A stretch of 64,000 bases of DNA from an uncultured Gammaproteobacteria bacterium (GCA_964588145.1 CAZPNL010000001.1:11306-75305), one strand, 5' to 3'; positions 19,904 to 30,253 are shown, numbered from the stretch's first letter. The notes: generated by a model from the letters alone, not told the origin. A program made the numbers and translations.

Positions 19904-21109
19904 ATGGATTACAGTGTCATACCGTTTTCACAAAAAAGCACATGTTCTGTGTGTGGTGCCAAGCTTGGACGTACACTTATTGATTTACCACGACTTCCAC
20001 TGACTGAAATATTTGTCAAAAAAAAGCAGCCAAAGGGGATGGGGTTTGTAGATCAGCAGTTTTATGTTTGCGATACGTGTCATCATGGACAATTAGGCAC
20101 CATCGTCGATCCAAAATTTTTATACAATTCTGATGCCTATTTTTTCCGCACCGGAGAGAGTAAGACTGCTCCTGCCGCCAATGATTTTTTCCTCAATTTC
20201 ATCATGTCTCATGTACGCAGTGGCAGAATTGGCACCATCATTGATGTTGGATGTAGTGATCTGTATTTACTCAATGCTCTCCGTGGAAAAGCCAAGCGGT
20301 TAGTAGGAATTGATCCAGTGCTTAAAGGGCGAGAGGAAGAGCTGTCTGATGATCAGATGACGGTCATTGGTGATTTTCTCGAAAATATAGATATGACCAA
20401 GTACATGGGTGATGATACGCTTGTCATCAGTAGTCATACGATGGAGCATATAAAGGATCCGTCTAGTGTCATATCGCAGCTATTTGATGTAGCGACTGAT
20501 AAAACACAATTTATGTTTCAGTTTCCCAGTCTTGAACCGGTCCTGACAGACCGACGATTTGATCAGATTTTTCATCAGCATCTGCAGCTCTATTCTAAAG
20601 ATTCGTTTACGTATTTAGTTGAAAATCATGGAGGAGAGGTGGTAGATACAACTGTAAATTATTTTCATTGGGGCGCACTCCTCGTATCATTTCGTAAAAG
20701 TGCAAAGAAGTCTAAGCCTATAAAGATTTCTACTAACTCGCTCTTTGATCGTAGTAATATATTGGAAAGTTATGGTGATTATAAAGCTCGCATGTCTGTG
20801 GCAAATAGATATATTCAGTCTCTTTCGAATGAAAAAGTGTATGGATTTGGAGCAACACTCATGCTTCCTATATTGGCCTATCACTTAGGTAATGATTTGT
20901 CATCGTTTGAATCAATACTGGACGATGACCAGAGTAAGCATGGACATTTTTATCTTAATCTCCCAGTGGCGATAGCAAGTCCCGAGAGTGTTCGGGCTAT
21001 GGATGAGGCTACGGTGGTTGTGACTGCATACAATACTGCGAGATCTGTGATGCCGCGCGTCTTGCATCTGCGCCCCAAACGAATCGTTCTGCCTATGCAG
21101 ATGATGTAA
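19904..21109 (+). CDS. NDP-sugar C-methyltransferase-like (TylC3/NovU-like: Zn-ribbon + SAM MTase + C-terminal C-methyltransferase domain)
   Basis: N-terminal Cys4 zinc ribbon (CSVCGAKLG ... CDTCHHGQ), then a SAM fold (IIDVGCSDLYL), then a ~150-aa C-terminal domain. This architecture is typical of sugar C-3/C-5 methyltransferases. Confidence 0.6.
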   Translation: MDYSVIPFSQKSTCSVCGAKLGRTLIDLPRLPLTEIFVKKKQPKGMGFVDQQFYVCDTCHHGQLGTIVDPKFLYNSDAYFFRTGESKTAPAANDFFLNFIMSHVRSGRIGTIIDVGCSDLYLLNALRGKAKRLVGIDPVLKGREEELSDDQMTVIGDFLENIDMTKYMGDDTLVISSHTMEHIKDPSSVISQLFDVATDKTQFMFQFPSLEPVLTDRRFDQIFHQHLQLYSKDSFTYLVENHGGEVVDTTVNYFHWGALLVSFRKSAKKSKPIKISTNSLFDRSNILESYGDYKARMSVANRYIQSLSNEKVYGFGATLMLPILAYHLGNDLSSFESILDDDQSKHGHFYLNLPVAIASPESVRAMDEATVVVTAYNTARSVMPRVLHLRPKRIVLPMQMM

Positions 21110-21261
21110 GGCAATGGTAAATGGTAAAGGGAAAAAGGGAAATTTTTTACATAGTATTCCAGAAGTAGAGTTGGTTATATTATGTTATTGCGTGGCCTAG
21201 CTGTAGTGGAGCGAGTAGGTAATCTAAAAAAGCCATTTTATTGTTTGTAATAATGATTATT

Positions 21262-21294
21262 ATATTGTGAATTTGATATAGGATATTGTGAATT
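21262..21294. promoter_or_regulatory. 12-bp direct repeat atattgtgaatt x2, spaced 21 bp (two helical turns), immediately upstream of SDR gene start
   Basis: atattgtgaatt at 21262-21273 and at 21283-21294. The ATG is at 21306. Inside a 196-bp intergenic gap within an otherwise compact same-strand gene array. Confidence 0.35.
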
Positions 21295-21305
21295 GAACTT
21301 ACTGT

Positions 21306-22088
21306 ATGGACTTTAAGATACAAGGGAAAAAAGCACTTATTACTGGAGCAGGGCGGGGGCTGGGTGCATCCATCGTAGAGCATTTAGTGGCCGAAGGGGT
21401 ACATGTGGCAATTGTGTCTAGAGGTAAAGCTGCTCTTAAGGAATTGTTTGCATCTATAGGAGGAGCAAAAGCAGGGCATATCATGATGGCAGAGGACATG
21501 ACTGCCGAGGGTGTGCCTGTGAAAGTGTGTAAAGAGATTCAAAAAAAGTTTGGGTCTCCTGACATCATTGTAAATAATTTAGGAGATACGCTAGATATCA
21601 GAGATCCATATTGCACGATAGATGATTGGCGTAGGGTATTTCGTATCAATTTAGAAGTAGGGATTGAAATAAACAATTTTTTCATACCTGCCATGCAAAA
21701 AAACCAGTGGGGGAGGATTGTGCACATTACCTCTATTGCAGCTCTTGAAAATCAAGGCCCCGTGCCGTACTGTGCCGTAAAAGCAGCTGTGACAAGTTAT
21801 GTACGCAGTATGGGTCGGATACTTTCACCTGACAACATCATCATGACATCGGTACTTCCTGGAGCTGTGATGACAAAGGGTGGATATTGGGATATAGCCA
21901 GTGTTACTAAAAAAGATCATGTAAAGAAATATCTGGATGAGCGAATGGCTATTAAGCGCTTTGGGTCACCTGAAGAGATAGGATCTGTCGTCGCATTTTT
22001 GTGCTCCGAACATAGTTCATTTATGGTAGGATCGATGGTGCCTGTAGATGGTGGGCAGGGGAGAGTATTTTTTCGTCAAGATGTGTAA
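21306..22088 (+). CDS. short-chain dehydrogenase/reductase (classical SDR)
   Basis: KKALITGAGRGLGASI glycine-rich motif. YCAVKAA matches the YxxxK catalytic motif. Confidence 0.7.
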   Translation: MDFKIQGKKALITGAGRGLGASIVEHLVAEGVHVAIVSRGKAALKELFASIGGAKAGHIMMAEDMTAEGVPVKVCKEIQKKFGSPDIIVNNLGDTLDIRDPYCTIDDWRRVFRINLEVGIEINNFFIPAMQKNQWGRIVHITSIAALENQGPVPYCAVKAAVTSYVRSMGRILSPDNIIMTSVLPGAVMTKGGYWDIASVTKKDHVKKYLDERMAIKRFGSPEEIGSVVAFLCSEHSSFMVGSMVPVDGGQGRVFFRQDV

Positions 22089-22093
22089 TTTTT

Positions 22094-22903
22094 ATGAATA
22101 TTTCGAAATCAAGTTTTGATATAACCAAAAATAACCGTTTGCGCTATCAGATCGCTGAGATAGTCTATAACGCTCAAGATGGTCATATCCCAAGTGCTTA
22201 CTCCATCGTTGAAATACTTTCTGTACTTTTTGGATCGTTTCTTCGGTATGATGCCAATAATCCCAAATGGAATGAGCGTGATTTTTTTATCCTAAGTAAG
22301 GGTCACGGAAGTGTGGCTTTATATTTGATGCTTGAGAAATATGGATTTATTACAAAAAAAGACTTGGATAAAAAAGGTACGCTTCAGGGTATACTTGGTG
22401 GACATCCGGATAGAACTCGTATCCCTGGTATAGAGGCATCTACAGGGTCACTGGGGCATGGTTTTCCTATGAGTGTGGGGTTAGCATTAGGTCTCCGAAT
22501 ACAAAAACGAAATAATCGGGTTATCACAATTATAGGAGATGGAGAAAGTAATGAAGGAACCATATGGGAATCAGCTCTTTTGGCAGCACATCATATGCTT
22601 GGCAATTTGCTTGTGATTGTGGATAAAAATAAATCAACAGATGCACTGTTGTCCATCCCTGAAATGGCTAAAAAGTGGGATGCGTTTGGTTGGGAAGCAT
22701 ATGAGGTGGATGGGCATAACCAAGAAGAGTTTGCGCAGTTGCTTAATCAGTTGAAGTTTAACGATATGCGAAAACCGAAAGTAATAGTAGCACATACGAT
22801 TAAAGGAAAAGGTGTGTCATTTATTGAAAATGTAGGTTCTTGGCATTCGAAAGTCCCTAGCGCGGAAGAGTTAGATTTGATAAGGAAAGAGCTTAGAGTT
22901 TAG
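22094..22903 (+). CDS. transketolase, N-terminal (ThDP-binding) subunit
   Basis: HIPSAYSIVEIL...ILSKGHGSVALY...GSLGHGFPMSVGLALG...IGDGESNEGTIWE matches split-transketolase N-terminal sections. Confidence 0.75.
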   Translation: MNISKSSFDITKNNRLRYQIAEIVYNAQDGHIPSAYSIVEILSVLFGSFLRYDANNPKWNERDFFILSKGHGSVALYLMLEKYGFITKKDLDKKGTLQGILGGHPDRTRIPGIEASTGSLGHGFPMSVGLALGLRIQKRNNRVITIIGDGESNEGTIWESALLAAHHMLGNLLVIVDKNKSTDALLSIPEMAKKWDAFGWEAYEVDGHNQEEFAQLLNQLKFNDMRKPKVIVAHTIKGKGVSFIENVGSWHSKVPSAEELDLIRKELRV

Positions 22904-23107
22904 ATTGCGTCAGACATCACGCGTTAGGCGTCACACCAACTGAAGTATGATTTTGTCATTGCGAGGAATTGCATAGTTTTTAGCGAAGATGACGTGGCAA
23001 TCTTTTCAGGTTTCGAGTTTTGGAAGTTGAAAGTAACAATTGAACAATATAATAATTTAGCAATTTAGCTCAATTTCGACAAGGTTAATGGGGCAAGCAA
23101 TTTATTT

Positions 23108-24040
23108 ATGAGTGCATACGGAAATATACGACAAGCTTTTGCAGATACTGTATTGGAAGTTGGGAAAATTGACCCAAAACTTGTGGTGCTTGTCAGTGAT
23201 ATCACGCATTTTAAGCTTCAACCATTTGCACGGGCATGTCCAGGTAGATATTACAATTTGGGTGTTTGTGAGCAATCCATTCTATCAATGTCAGCTGGTA
23301 TGGCTATGCTTGGGTTGTATCCGGTGGTGCATACCATTACCCCGTTTCTCATTGAGCGTGGATATGAGCAAATTAAAGACGATTTTGGATATCAAAAGTT
23401 ACCTGTAAATATAATTACCGTCGGATCTTCTTTTGATTATGCACAGCTTGGTACGACACATCACTCATACGGTGATTTTGCACTGATGAAGACGATTGAA
23501 AATATGCAAATACTGTATCCTTCTACAACTCTTGAATTTAATGAACTGTTTAAGCAGTCATATAGCAATAAGATGCCAACTTATACGCGTATTCCTGGGG
23601 CTGAGCATGCAGAAATATTTCCAAAATCAAAAATAAAGTTAGGCAAGGGAATTCTTGTACGGCCAGGGAAAAAGGTAACCATTGTTGCTGTAGGAGTGCA
23701 GCTGAAGACTGTCATGGACGCCTTGAATTCGCTTTTACGGTTAAAAATAAATCCTGAGATTATTTATATACATACAGTACGACCACTGGATAGTCACATG
23801 ATCATAGAGAGCGTGAAGCGGACAAAACACTGCTTAGTTATTGAGGAACATTCTGCATATGGGGGCGTATCTGACGATGTCCTTAGAATAACGCGAAATA
23901 TGGGAAATATTCGCCATGCAAGTATCAATATTGGAGACAAATTTATTCATCATTATGGTACGTATGAGCAGATCTGTGAGCTACTTGGATTTACTCTAAA
24001 AAATGTGGTTGATACTGTCAAAAAACTTATTGAATTCTAA
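23108..24040 (+). CDS. transketolase, C-terminal (pyrimidine-binding + C-terminal domain) subunit
   Basis: Transketolase C-section architecture. Separated from the N-subunit gene by an atypical 204-bp spacer. Confidence 0.7.
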   Translation: MSAYGNIRQAFADTVLEVGKIDPKLVVLVSDITHFKLQPFARACPGRYYNLGVCEQSILSMSAGMAMLGLYPVVHTITPFLIERGYEQIKDDFGYQKLPVNIITVGSSFDYAQLGTTHHSYGDFALMKTIENMQILYPSTTLEFNELFKQSYSNKMPTYTRIPGAEHAEIFPKSKIKLGKGILVRPGKKVTIVAVGVQLKTVMDALNSLLRLKINPEIIYIHTVRPLDSHMIIESVKRTKHCLVIEEHSAYGGVSDDVLRITRNMGNIRHASINIGDKFIHHYGTYEQICELLGFTLKNVVDTVKKLIEF

Positions 24041-24043
24041 TGA

Positions 24044-26710
24044 TTATTCTTCGTGGACTCCCGCGTAAAATGCTCCTATTGGAATGAGTACTGCAGCTAT
24101 CATGGCTACAAACAACCCGAAACGTAATAGAGGATTTGGCCAGTATTCCAATGTTATGTGATGATTTCCTTTACCTATTGGGATACCCATAAATGCCTGA
24201 TTGACCTGATATATTAGTTGGTTATTTCCATCAAGAGTTAGTTTCCATTTTGTGTCGTAGGGATAATGAAAAACCAGCCAGCCACTGTTTGGTGCAGTAA
24301 ATGTAAAGGCAAATGTATCTGAGTTGTACTTTTGTATAGACTCGATATATGTCATGAAATTTTTTCTATAAGAAAATTTTAAGGTAGTGGGGAGTTGAGT
24401 ATCTGCGGGGAGCGCTATGGTAAGAGTTTGGGTTTGAATATTTCCTACGTCAAATGTTTGCGGAATAGAGAGGTTTCCTTGTGCTGGGGAATATTTTGTA
24501 TCTGTTGAAACGAGCGTAATTATATCTCGATCTCCTTCTATGAGGCTACTTGCTAGATAGTTGGGAAATGTATCCGGTAGGAGAATACTGCAAAGAATGA
24601 ATTCAGATTGAATTTTTGAATTTTCAGTATTGCAAATAACTGAAGAGGTATCAAAGGAGTCGACAATATTTTCTTTTGGTAACAAATTATTTATAGATTG
24701 GATGGAAGAAAAATAATTTGGGGCGGTTGATGGTATTTGTCCATCTACTGTGATTATCGAACGGTTTTGCTTGGTGGTGTTAATTGTATCGAATGCTTCA
24801 GGAGTGTAGGGAACTGCTGCTTGTGCAAAATATACGAGTCGATTGTCGTTTTGATTGAGATATGTTTGAAGTGAGGGATTTGAGAGTGCTTTATATGTAA
24901 TATGTTTTGTATAGTAGGGGTTGCCAGGAATTTCTAGTTGATCAAAATCTACGTAATGATAGTAGAACGTTTGTCCTTTTCTAGAATTATTTGTTGCTCC
25001 ATATGTGGGAATAAGTGTAATTTTTTGGGTGTTGTAATATTGCCGAAATGGGATGATTCCAGGGTTTTGAAAATCAACGATTGCTGGAGAAGTGTTTGGT
25101 GAAAAGATAAAGGGTTGCACTTGAAGATTTGTCATATCCACGTTCATAAATCGTTGTGCCCCAGCAAAGTCAATTGTATACATGAGGCATAGTATGGCAA
25201 CATATATTTTCTTTTTTGTTACGTAAGTGGGTATAGAGATATTTTTTATTATGAAAACCATGCTTATTAAAGTGATTTGAATCAATACGTACTTTTGTAC
25301 AAGCACATTCACATTAAGATAAGAATAGATTGAGTAAAAGCCAATAGTTAGTGTTATCAATATGTATTTAATAAGATATATTTTTGTTTTTTCTTGGTGT
25401 TGAAATATAGCTTTAATACCCAAAGAGATTGGAACCACTATTAAAAATGGGAGCATATGAGCAGCTCCTTTCATATCACGAACGATCAGATTGAAGGGAT
25501 TTGTGATTGCGTTTATCCAGTGGGGAATAGCTGTGAGTCCAAATGCTTCCCTTGGGCTATTGAGAAGCCATACAAATACAAGTGTGCCGATGATAATATA
25601 TCTTTTTGATCCTTTGCTCAAAATGGCGCCAATGCCAGCTAACAATATGCTAGTAAATCCGATGTAATGCCATGTGATGGTATTCCACCATTTTTGGCTA
25701 GGTCCATTGTCAAAATCTATGAGTCCAAATGATGTATCTGGTTTGAAATAGTCACCCACGCCGACACGGAAAAAATATGCATATGGATTAATGATACTTT
25801 GGAGATTTGAAAATCTGTTGGGTTCATCGCCAAAGTCGTAGTCTTTGTAAGAAGTAAGCAAATACATAAGGGGAGCAAGCATAAGTAGACAGAGGATCAA
25901 TGTGAGAAGTATTTTTGGAGTTATGTTTCGTATATAAAGTTTGAGATATTGTCGTTTAAAAATTTTTATTTCTTTGTAGTTTTTTATGATAAACCACACC
26001 AGCGTACAAAGTATAAAAATATGGATGCTTTGGTAGAAATATCCTAACGCAATAATCGGATATCCAATGATAGCGGCAGTCATGAGAAAGATAAAGATAT
26101 TAAGATATTTTATATTTTTGGTTTCAGCAAATTTGAGTATAAAGTGGACAACCATGGGATACATGCTGTACACAAACGCTGGTTCTGTGCCGTAGGCGAT
26201 ATAAAACGTTGGTATGAGGATAGTATTTCCTAACACCATCATCAGGAGTGTAATAAGAGTATTTTTTGTCCATCGCCCAATATGCAAATAAATGCCTGCA
26301 GAGCGCATAAACATTGAAGGTATGTGGTAGCAAATAGAGTAGATAATATACCAACCGCGAGCTTGATCAGACAATAGATGATGGAAGAACATATAGATAA
26401 AAGCTGTGAGTGTGTGATTGGGTTGAAAGTATCCTGCCCCGAGCACAAAGTACGTGTTAGGCATCTGTGCGTATGGATCCCAAAGTGCTATACCAGCCTG
26501 GAGGAGGTTTGAGAGGAGGTTAAACACTTGAAAAAATACAAATTCCTCATCTCCACTTTTTGAAAAACTGAAGGTAAAAAATAGAAACCTATCTGGCATG
26601 ATAAAACACATAAGAGTGTATGTGATGAGTACTGATATGAAGACAAGGAATGTCGCATTCAGGTATTTTTTGTAGTGAAATAAATGAATATATGTGTTTA
26701 TACTGTGCAT
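24044..26710 (-). CDS. YfhO-family-like large membrane glycosyltransferase (880-aa subtype)
   Basis: 888 aa and polytopic. C-terminal WLVFHYPYDTKWKLTLDGNNQLIYQVNQAFMGIPIGKGNHHITLEYWP is a YfhO-type signature. Paralog of 31864..34503. Confidence 0.55.
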   Translation of the reverse strand: MHSINTYIHLFHYKKYLNATFLVFISVLITYTLMCFIMPDRFLFFTFSFSKSGDEEFVFFQVFNLLSNLLQAGIALWDPYAQMPNTYFVLGAGYFQPNHTLTAFIYMFFHHLLSDQARGWYIIYSICYHIPSMFMRSAGIYLHIGRWTKNTLITLLMMVLGNTILIPTFYIAYGTEPAFVYSMYPMVVHFILKFAETKNIKYLNIFIFLMTAAIIGYPIIALGYFYQSIHIFILCTLVWFIIKNYKEIKIFKRQYLKLYIRNITPKILLTLILCLLMLAPLMYLLTSYKDYDFGDEPNRFSNLQSIINPYAYFFRVGVGDYFKPDTSFGLIDFDNGPSQKWWNTITWHYIGFTSILLAGIGAILSKGSKRYIIIGTLVFVWLLNSPREAFGLTAIPHWINAITNPFNLIVRDMKGAAHMLPFLIVVPISLGIKAIFQHQEKTKIYLIKYILITLTIGFYSIYSYLNVNVLVQKYVLIQITLISMVFIIKNISIPTYVTKKKIYVAILCLMYTIDFAGAQRFMNVDMTNLQVQPFIFSPNTSPAIVDFQNPGIIPFRQYYNTQKITLIPTYGATNNSRKGQTFYYHYVDFDQLEIPGNPYYTKHITYKALSNPSLQTYLNQNDNRLVYFAQAAVPYTPEAFDTINTTKQNRSIITVDGQIPSTAPNYFSSIQSINNLLPKENIVDSFDTSSVICNTENSKIQSEFILCSILLPDTFPNYLASSLIEGDRDIITLVSTDTKYSPAQGNLSIPQTFDVGNIQTQTLTIALPADTQLPTTLKFSYRKNFMTYIESIQKYNSDTFAFTFTAPNSGWLVFHYPYDTKWKLTLDGNNQLIYQVNQAFMGIPIGKGNHHITLEYWPNPLLRFGLFVAMIAAVLIPIGAFYAGVHEE

Positions 26711-26799
26711 TTGAGTTAGTAAATCGTTATTTATTAAGTATAGGGAATAAATTTATCTCGTCAACAAATACATAATTGAGGCTATAGTTTTGCTATGGT

Positions 26800-27780
26800 A
26801 TGATGCCTAGGTTGCCTATATATCGGCTTATGTCACTTGGTAATCATTCATCACTATTTTTAATTTGGGATACAAGTGTTCAGTCTATTTTTATAGGTGG
26901 GGTTCTTACCCTAATTCAAGAGGTGTCATTGCTACAAAAAGAATATGGGTATAGGCAGATTTCACTTTGTATTGTGGGTGATAACGCGGTATGTTCAGAG
27001 CATTTGACAGCTCAGGAAATTTTCAAGGCGTATCCATTTCTTCGACTACTATCCATGTATGATGTTTCGTTATCGTATATGTCTTTGGGTACATATAGGG
27101 AAGCCAGCAGTTGGGCCAAGCAGCATGATTATGAAGTGTGGCCAAAACAATCGCATATAGCCTATGAAATGTATGGAAACACCTTGTATATACAATCATA
27201 TTTTAAAAAACATCATAAAATTACCTGGGCTAGCATATCAAAGAAATATAAAGAGAAGGCGATGCGGTACTTTAGACAAAATTGTCAAGGTAAATATCCT
27301 ATTACGCTTCATATTAAAAATACTATTGGAGGGCGCCACTGTAGCAACGCCGATCAGGCAGTATGGTATAGTTTTCTCAAAATGTGTGAAGAGAAGTATT
27401 TAGATTGTGTATTTGTGCTAGTGAGTGAGGATCATGTTGATCAAAATATTGTTCGTCTCTCGAATGTACTACGTGTGCCAGACTATCCTGATAAATTAAT
27501 ACAGGATTTGGCTCTTGTACATCAATCAGCAGCCTTTATGGGTATGGCGTCGGGCCCTGCAAATATGGCAATTTTTAGTGATATTCCGTATTGTGTATTT
27601 AAGGATAAGGGGCAACATGTGCATGAAATGAAGCGTGAATTAGGTGAAAATGACAAGTATATTTTTGGTTATGAATATCAAAATATATATAGAGTTGATC
27701 ATGAGTTGCACAATCTTATTGATGCTTTTGTGCATATGTATCCTCAGATACAAAAAAATATGCATTATTTAGATTTGTGA
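26800..27780 (+). CDS. GT-B glycosyltransferase-like, GT9 (heptosyltransferase)-like C-terminal motif
   Basis: The C-terminal DKLIQDLALVHQSAAFMGMASGPANMAIFSDIPYCVF resembles the GT9 motif L-EL-ALI-A-L-IG-DSGP-HLAAA-G-P-V-LFG. The assignment is weak. Confidence 0.4.
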   Translation: MMPRLPIYRLMSLGNHSSLFLIWDTSVQSIFIGGVLTLIQEVSLLQKEYGYRQISLCIVGDNAVCSEHLTAQEIFKAYPFLRLLSMYDVSLSYMSLGTYREASSWAKQHDYEVWPKQSHIAYEMYGNTLYIQSYFKKHHKITWASISKKYKEKAMRYFRQNCQGKYPITLHIKNTIGGRHCSNADQAVWYSFLKMCEEKYLDCVFVLVSEDHVDQNIVRLSNVLRVPDYPDKLIQDLALVHQSAAFMGMASGPANMAIFSDIPYCVFKDKGQHVHEMKRELGENDKYIFGYEYQNIYRVDHELHNLIDAFVHMYPQIQKNMHYLDL

Positions 27781-27793
27781 TTATTTCAATTTC

Positions 27794-27833
27794 CGAATTA
27801 TAAAATTCGCTTCTTGTGGACTGCCTCATGAGG
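27794..27833 (+). terminator. two palindromes (cgaatt-ataa-aattcg; cctcatgagg) followed by T-rich tract downstream of GT9-like gene
   Basis: 6-bp stem and 4-nt loop at 27794-27809. A 10-bp perfect palindrome at 27824-27833, then ggtattttatcg. Confidence 0.25.
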
Positions 27834-27900
27834 TGGTATTTTATCGTATGATATATAAGTTAACTATTAATTTCATTATCGTAAAAATGAAAGGGGCTAT

Positions 27901-28587
27901 ATGAAAAATGTACAAAGTCTCGCAAAAGAGACACAGAACCAAAGAATTTTTGATTTGTATAAGTCTGACCCAATTACATTGGGACCATATTCTTCTTATA
28001 TGTGGAGACAAGATCCTCGTCATTTGGGATTTTTATTTGCACGGTATAAATTCGTTGCAAAGATGTTGCGTGGTCAAAAAACTGTATTAGAGGTAGGGTG
28101 TGGAGATGCTGTTGGTACACCGATTGTTGCTAAAGAGGTAGGAAGTGTGCATTGTCTTGATTTTGAACCATTATTGTTGGAGGATAATCGTGAAAGAATT
28201 TCCAAAAGATATCCAAATATTACTTTTGGTGTACACGATTTTACTGAAAAACCAGCAACACCTAAGAGCGATGCAGTATTTAGTTTGGATGTTATTGAAC
28301 ATATTAAACCAAATGAAGAATCAAAATTTATGGATAACATATCTGGATCATTGGGGTCGCATGGAATGTGTATTATAGGGACACCTAATATTACTGCTCA
28401 TGCGTACGCATCTTCAGTTAGTCAGCAAGGTCATATAAATCTCAAAGATTATGCATCACTTGAGCAACTCATGCGAAAATATTTTAATCAAGTTTTATTA
28501 TTTTCTATGAACGATGAAGTGGTTCATACTGGATTTTATCCTCTGGCGCATTATTTGATCGCAATAGGTATCAATCAATTAAAGTGA
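27901..28587 (+). CDS. class I SAM-dependent methyltransferase (paralog of 44603..45277)
   Basis: VLEVGCGDAVGTPIVAKE motif I. The C-terminus FSMNDEVVHTGFYPLAHYLIAIG is shared with the 44603 paralog. Confidence 0.65.
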   Translation: MKNVQSLAKETQNQRIFDLYKSDPITLGPYSSYMWRQDPRHLGFLFARYKFVAKMLRGQKTVLEVGCGDAVGTPIVAKEVGSVHCLDFEPLLLEDNRERISKRYPNITFGVHDFTEKPATPKSDAVFSLDVIEHIKPNEESKFMDNISGSLGSHGMCIIGTPNITAHAYASSVSQQGHINLKDYASLEQLMRKYFNQVLLFSMNDEVVHTGFYPLAHYLIAIGINQLK

Positions 28588-28589
28588 AT

Positions 28590-29387
28590 ATGAAAAGTCG
28601 AAATAAAAAAGTAGTTATTGTTACGGGTGGGGCTTCTGGAATAGGTAAAAATATTGCACGAGCTTTTTGTCGAGAAGATTCGTTGGTAGTAATTTGTGAT
28701 AGAGATAAAAAATTAGCACAATTAGCTGTGGAAGAACTTCAATCTATTTCACCTGATGTGACTAAGGTTATCGTAGATTTATCGGTAAAAAAAGGTTGTG
28801 ATGTACTTATAGATACTGTATATAAAAATTTTGGAGCTATTGATGTTGTGGTAAATAATGCTCGATCTGGGAAACGAGTGGGTTATTTAAATGAGACTGA
28901 ATCAACGTGGCAGGAAACCATGTCTGTGACTCTTAATGCTCCTTTTTTTATAACACAGGCTGCCATACGAGTCATGGGTGATCGTGGGGGAGTCATTATC
29001 AACGTTAGTTCAGTTGCTGCTCATGTAGTAGGGCATGATTCTCCGTCATATCATATTGCAAAAGCTGGTATAGAACAGATGACTAAATATTTTGCGGTGT
29101 ATGCGGGTGCGAAGCATATTCGCATTAATTGTGTCGCGCCTGGATTTATCATAAAAGATGAGCATATGTTCCGATTTAATCAAAAAGATAATTTTCAATA
29201 TAAGGAGATTGCAAATTTTTCTCAACCACTTGCACGCATAGGGACATCTGATGAAATAGCAAACGTGGTGACATTTTTAGCATCTTCAAAGGCATCATTT
29301 ATAACAGGGCAATGTATTGTTGTTGACGGTGGATTAACTATTCAGGACCAAAGTGGATTATTGTATAGATTTACTACAAAAGTATAA
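28590..29387 (+). CDS. short-chain dehydrogenase/reductase (classical SDR)
   Basis: KVVIVTGGASGIGKNIA and YHIAKAG (YxxxK). ATG 28590 is preferred over the GTG 28584 track start. Confidence 0.7.
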   Translation: MKSRNKKVVIVTGGASGIGKNIARAFCREDSLVVICDRDKKLAQLAVEELQSISPDVTKVIVDLSVKKGCDVLIDTVYKNFGAIDVVVNNARSGKRVGYLNETESTWQETMSVTLNAPFFITQAAIRVMGDRGGVIINVSSVAAHVVGHDSPSYHIAKAGIEQMTKYFAVYAGAKHIRINCVAPGFIIKDEHMFRFNQKDNFQYKEIANFSQPLARIGTSDEIANVVTFLASSKASFITGQCIVVDGGLTIQDQSGLLYRFTTKV

Positions 29388-29408
29388 AGTAATACTTAAA
29401 TTTTATTA

Positions 29409-30212
29409 ATGGAATTAGATTTTCGAAATACTGTCACACTTGTAACAGGGGCTGGTAGTGGCATTGGAAAAGCTATTAGTATAGAGTTGGCACATAAAAA
29501 GGGGACAGTAATACTTTGTGGAAGGACATTGGACAAATTAATGCATGTGCAGACTGAGCTAAAACATCAGGGGATAGTAGTTCAAATACATCAATGTGAT
29601 GTATCAAGTCAAATTGAAGTCAAGCAAATGGTATCACATATTGGAGCTCAATTTGGCAGAATAGACAATGTCGTTCACAGTGCGGGGGGTATAAATACTT
29701 TTGCAGATTTTGAACAATTGTCTCCACGTGATTGGGTAGATTCTTATGAAAATAATTTTCTTGGAGTTGTTTTTGTTATACAAGAGGCACTATCCTTGCT
29801 TCGTAAAAGTGCATATCCTTCGATAGTTATTATTGGATCAACCTCTGCATCTGAGCCTGGAAGTTATAATCCTCACTATACTACTGCGAAAGCAGCAGTA
29901 TTGAATTTGGCAAAATATTTAGCAAATCGGTATGCTAAAGAACATATTCGTGTTAATTCTATATGTGCAGGTCCAGTTCATTCAAATTTGTGGGATAATA
30001 ATGTTCAATTTGTAGCAACAAAATTTAACGTATCGCTTGATGAAACGAGGTCAAACTTTGAACATCAGGAGACGGTCAAGGTGCCATTGGGTAGGATTGG
30101 AGAGCCAGCCGATATTTCAGGAATAGTACTATTTTTATTATCAAAACAAGCAAGTTGGATAAGTGGTACAACTATTAAAGTTGATGGAAATAAGCATAGA
30201 AGTATGGATTGA
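29409..30212 (+). CDS. short-chain dehydrogenase/reductase (classical SDR)
   Basis: TVTLVTGAGSGIGKAIS and YTTAKAA (YxxxK). Confidence 0.7.
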   Translation: MELDFRNTVTLVTGAGSGIGKAISIELAHKKGTVILCGRTLDKLMHVQTELKHQGIVVQIHQCDVSSQIEVKQMVSHIGAQFGRIDNVVHSAGGINTFADFEQLSPRDWVDSYENNFLGVVFVIQEALSLLRKSAYPSIVIIGSTSASEPGSYNPHYTTAKAAVLNLAKYLANRYAKEHIRVNSICAGPVHSNLWDNNVQFVATKFNVSLDETRSNFEHQETVKVPLGRIGEPADISGIVLFLLSKQASWISGTTIKVDGNKHRSMD

Positions 30213-30253
30213 GTATAGACAATACTGCTTAAATTTGCATATAGTACAAAGCT

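Noticed and set aside
22904-23107. Possible small ORF or sRNA in the first transketolase N/C spacer
   Set aside because: Only a 9-codon ORF is present and no convincing hairpin or repeat was found. The atypical spacer length is noted under the transketolase-spacer finding.
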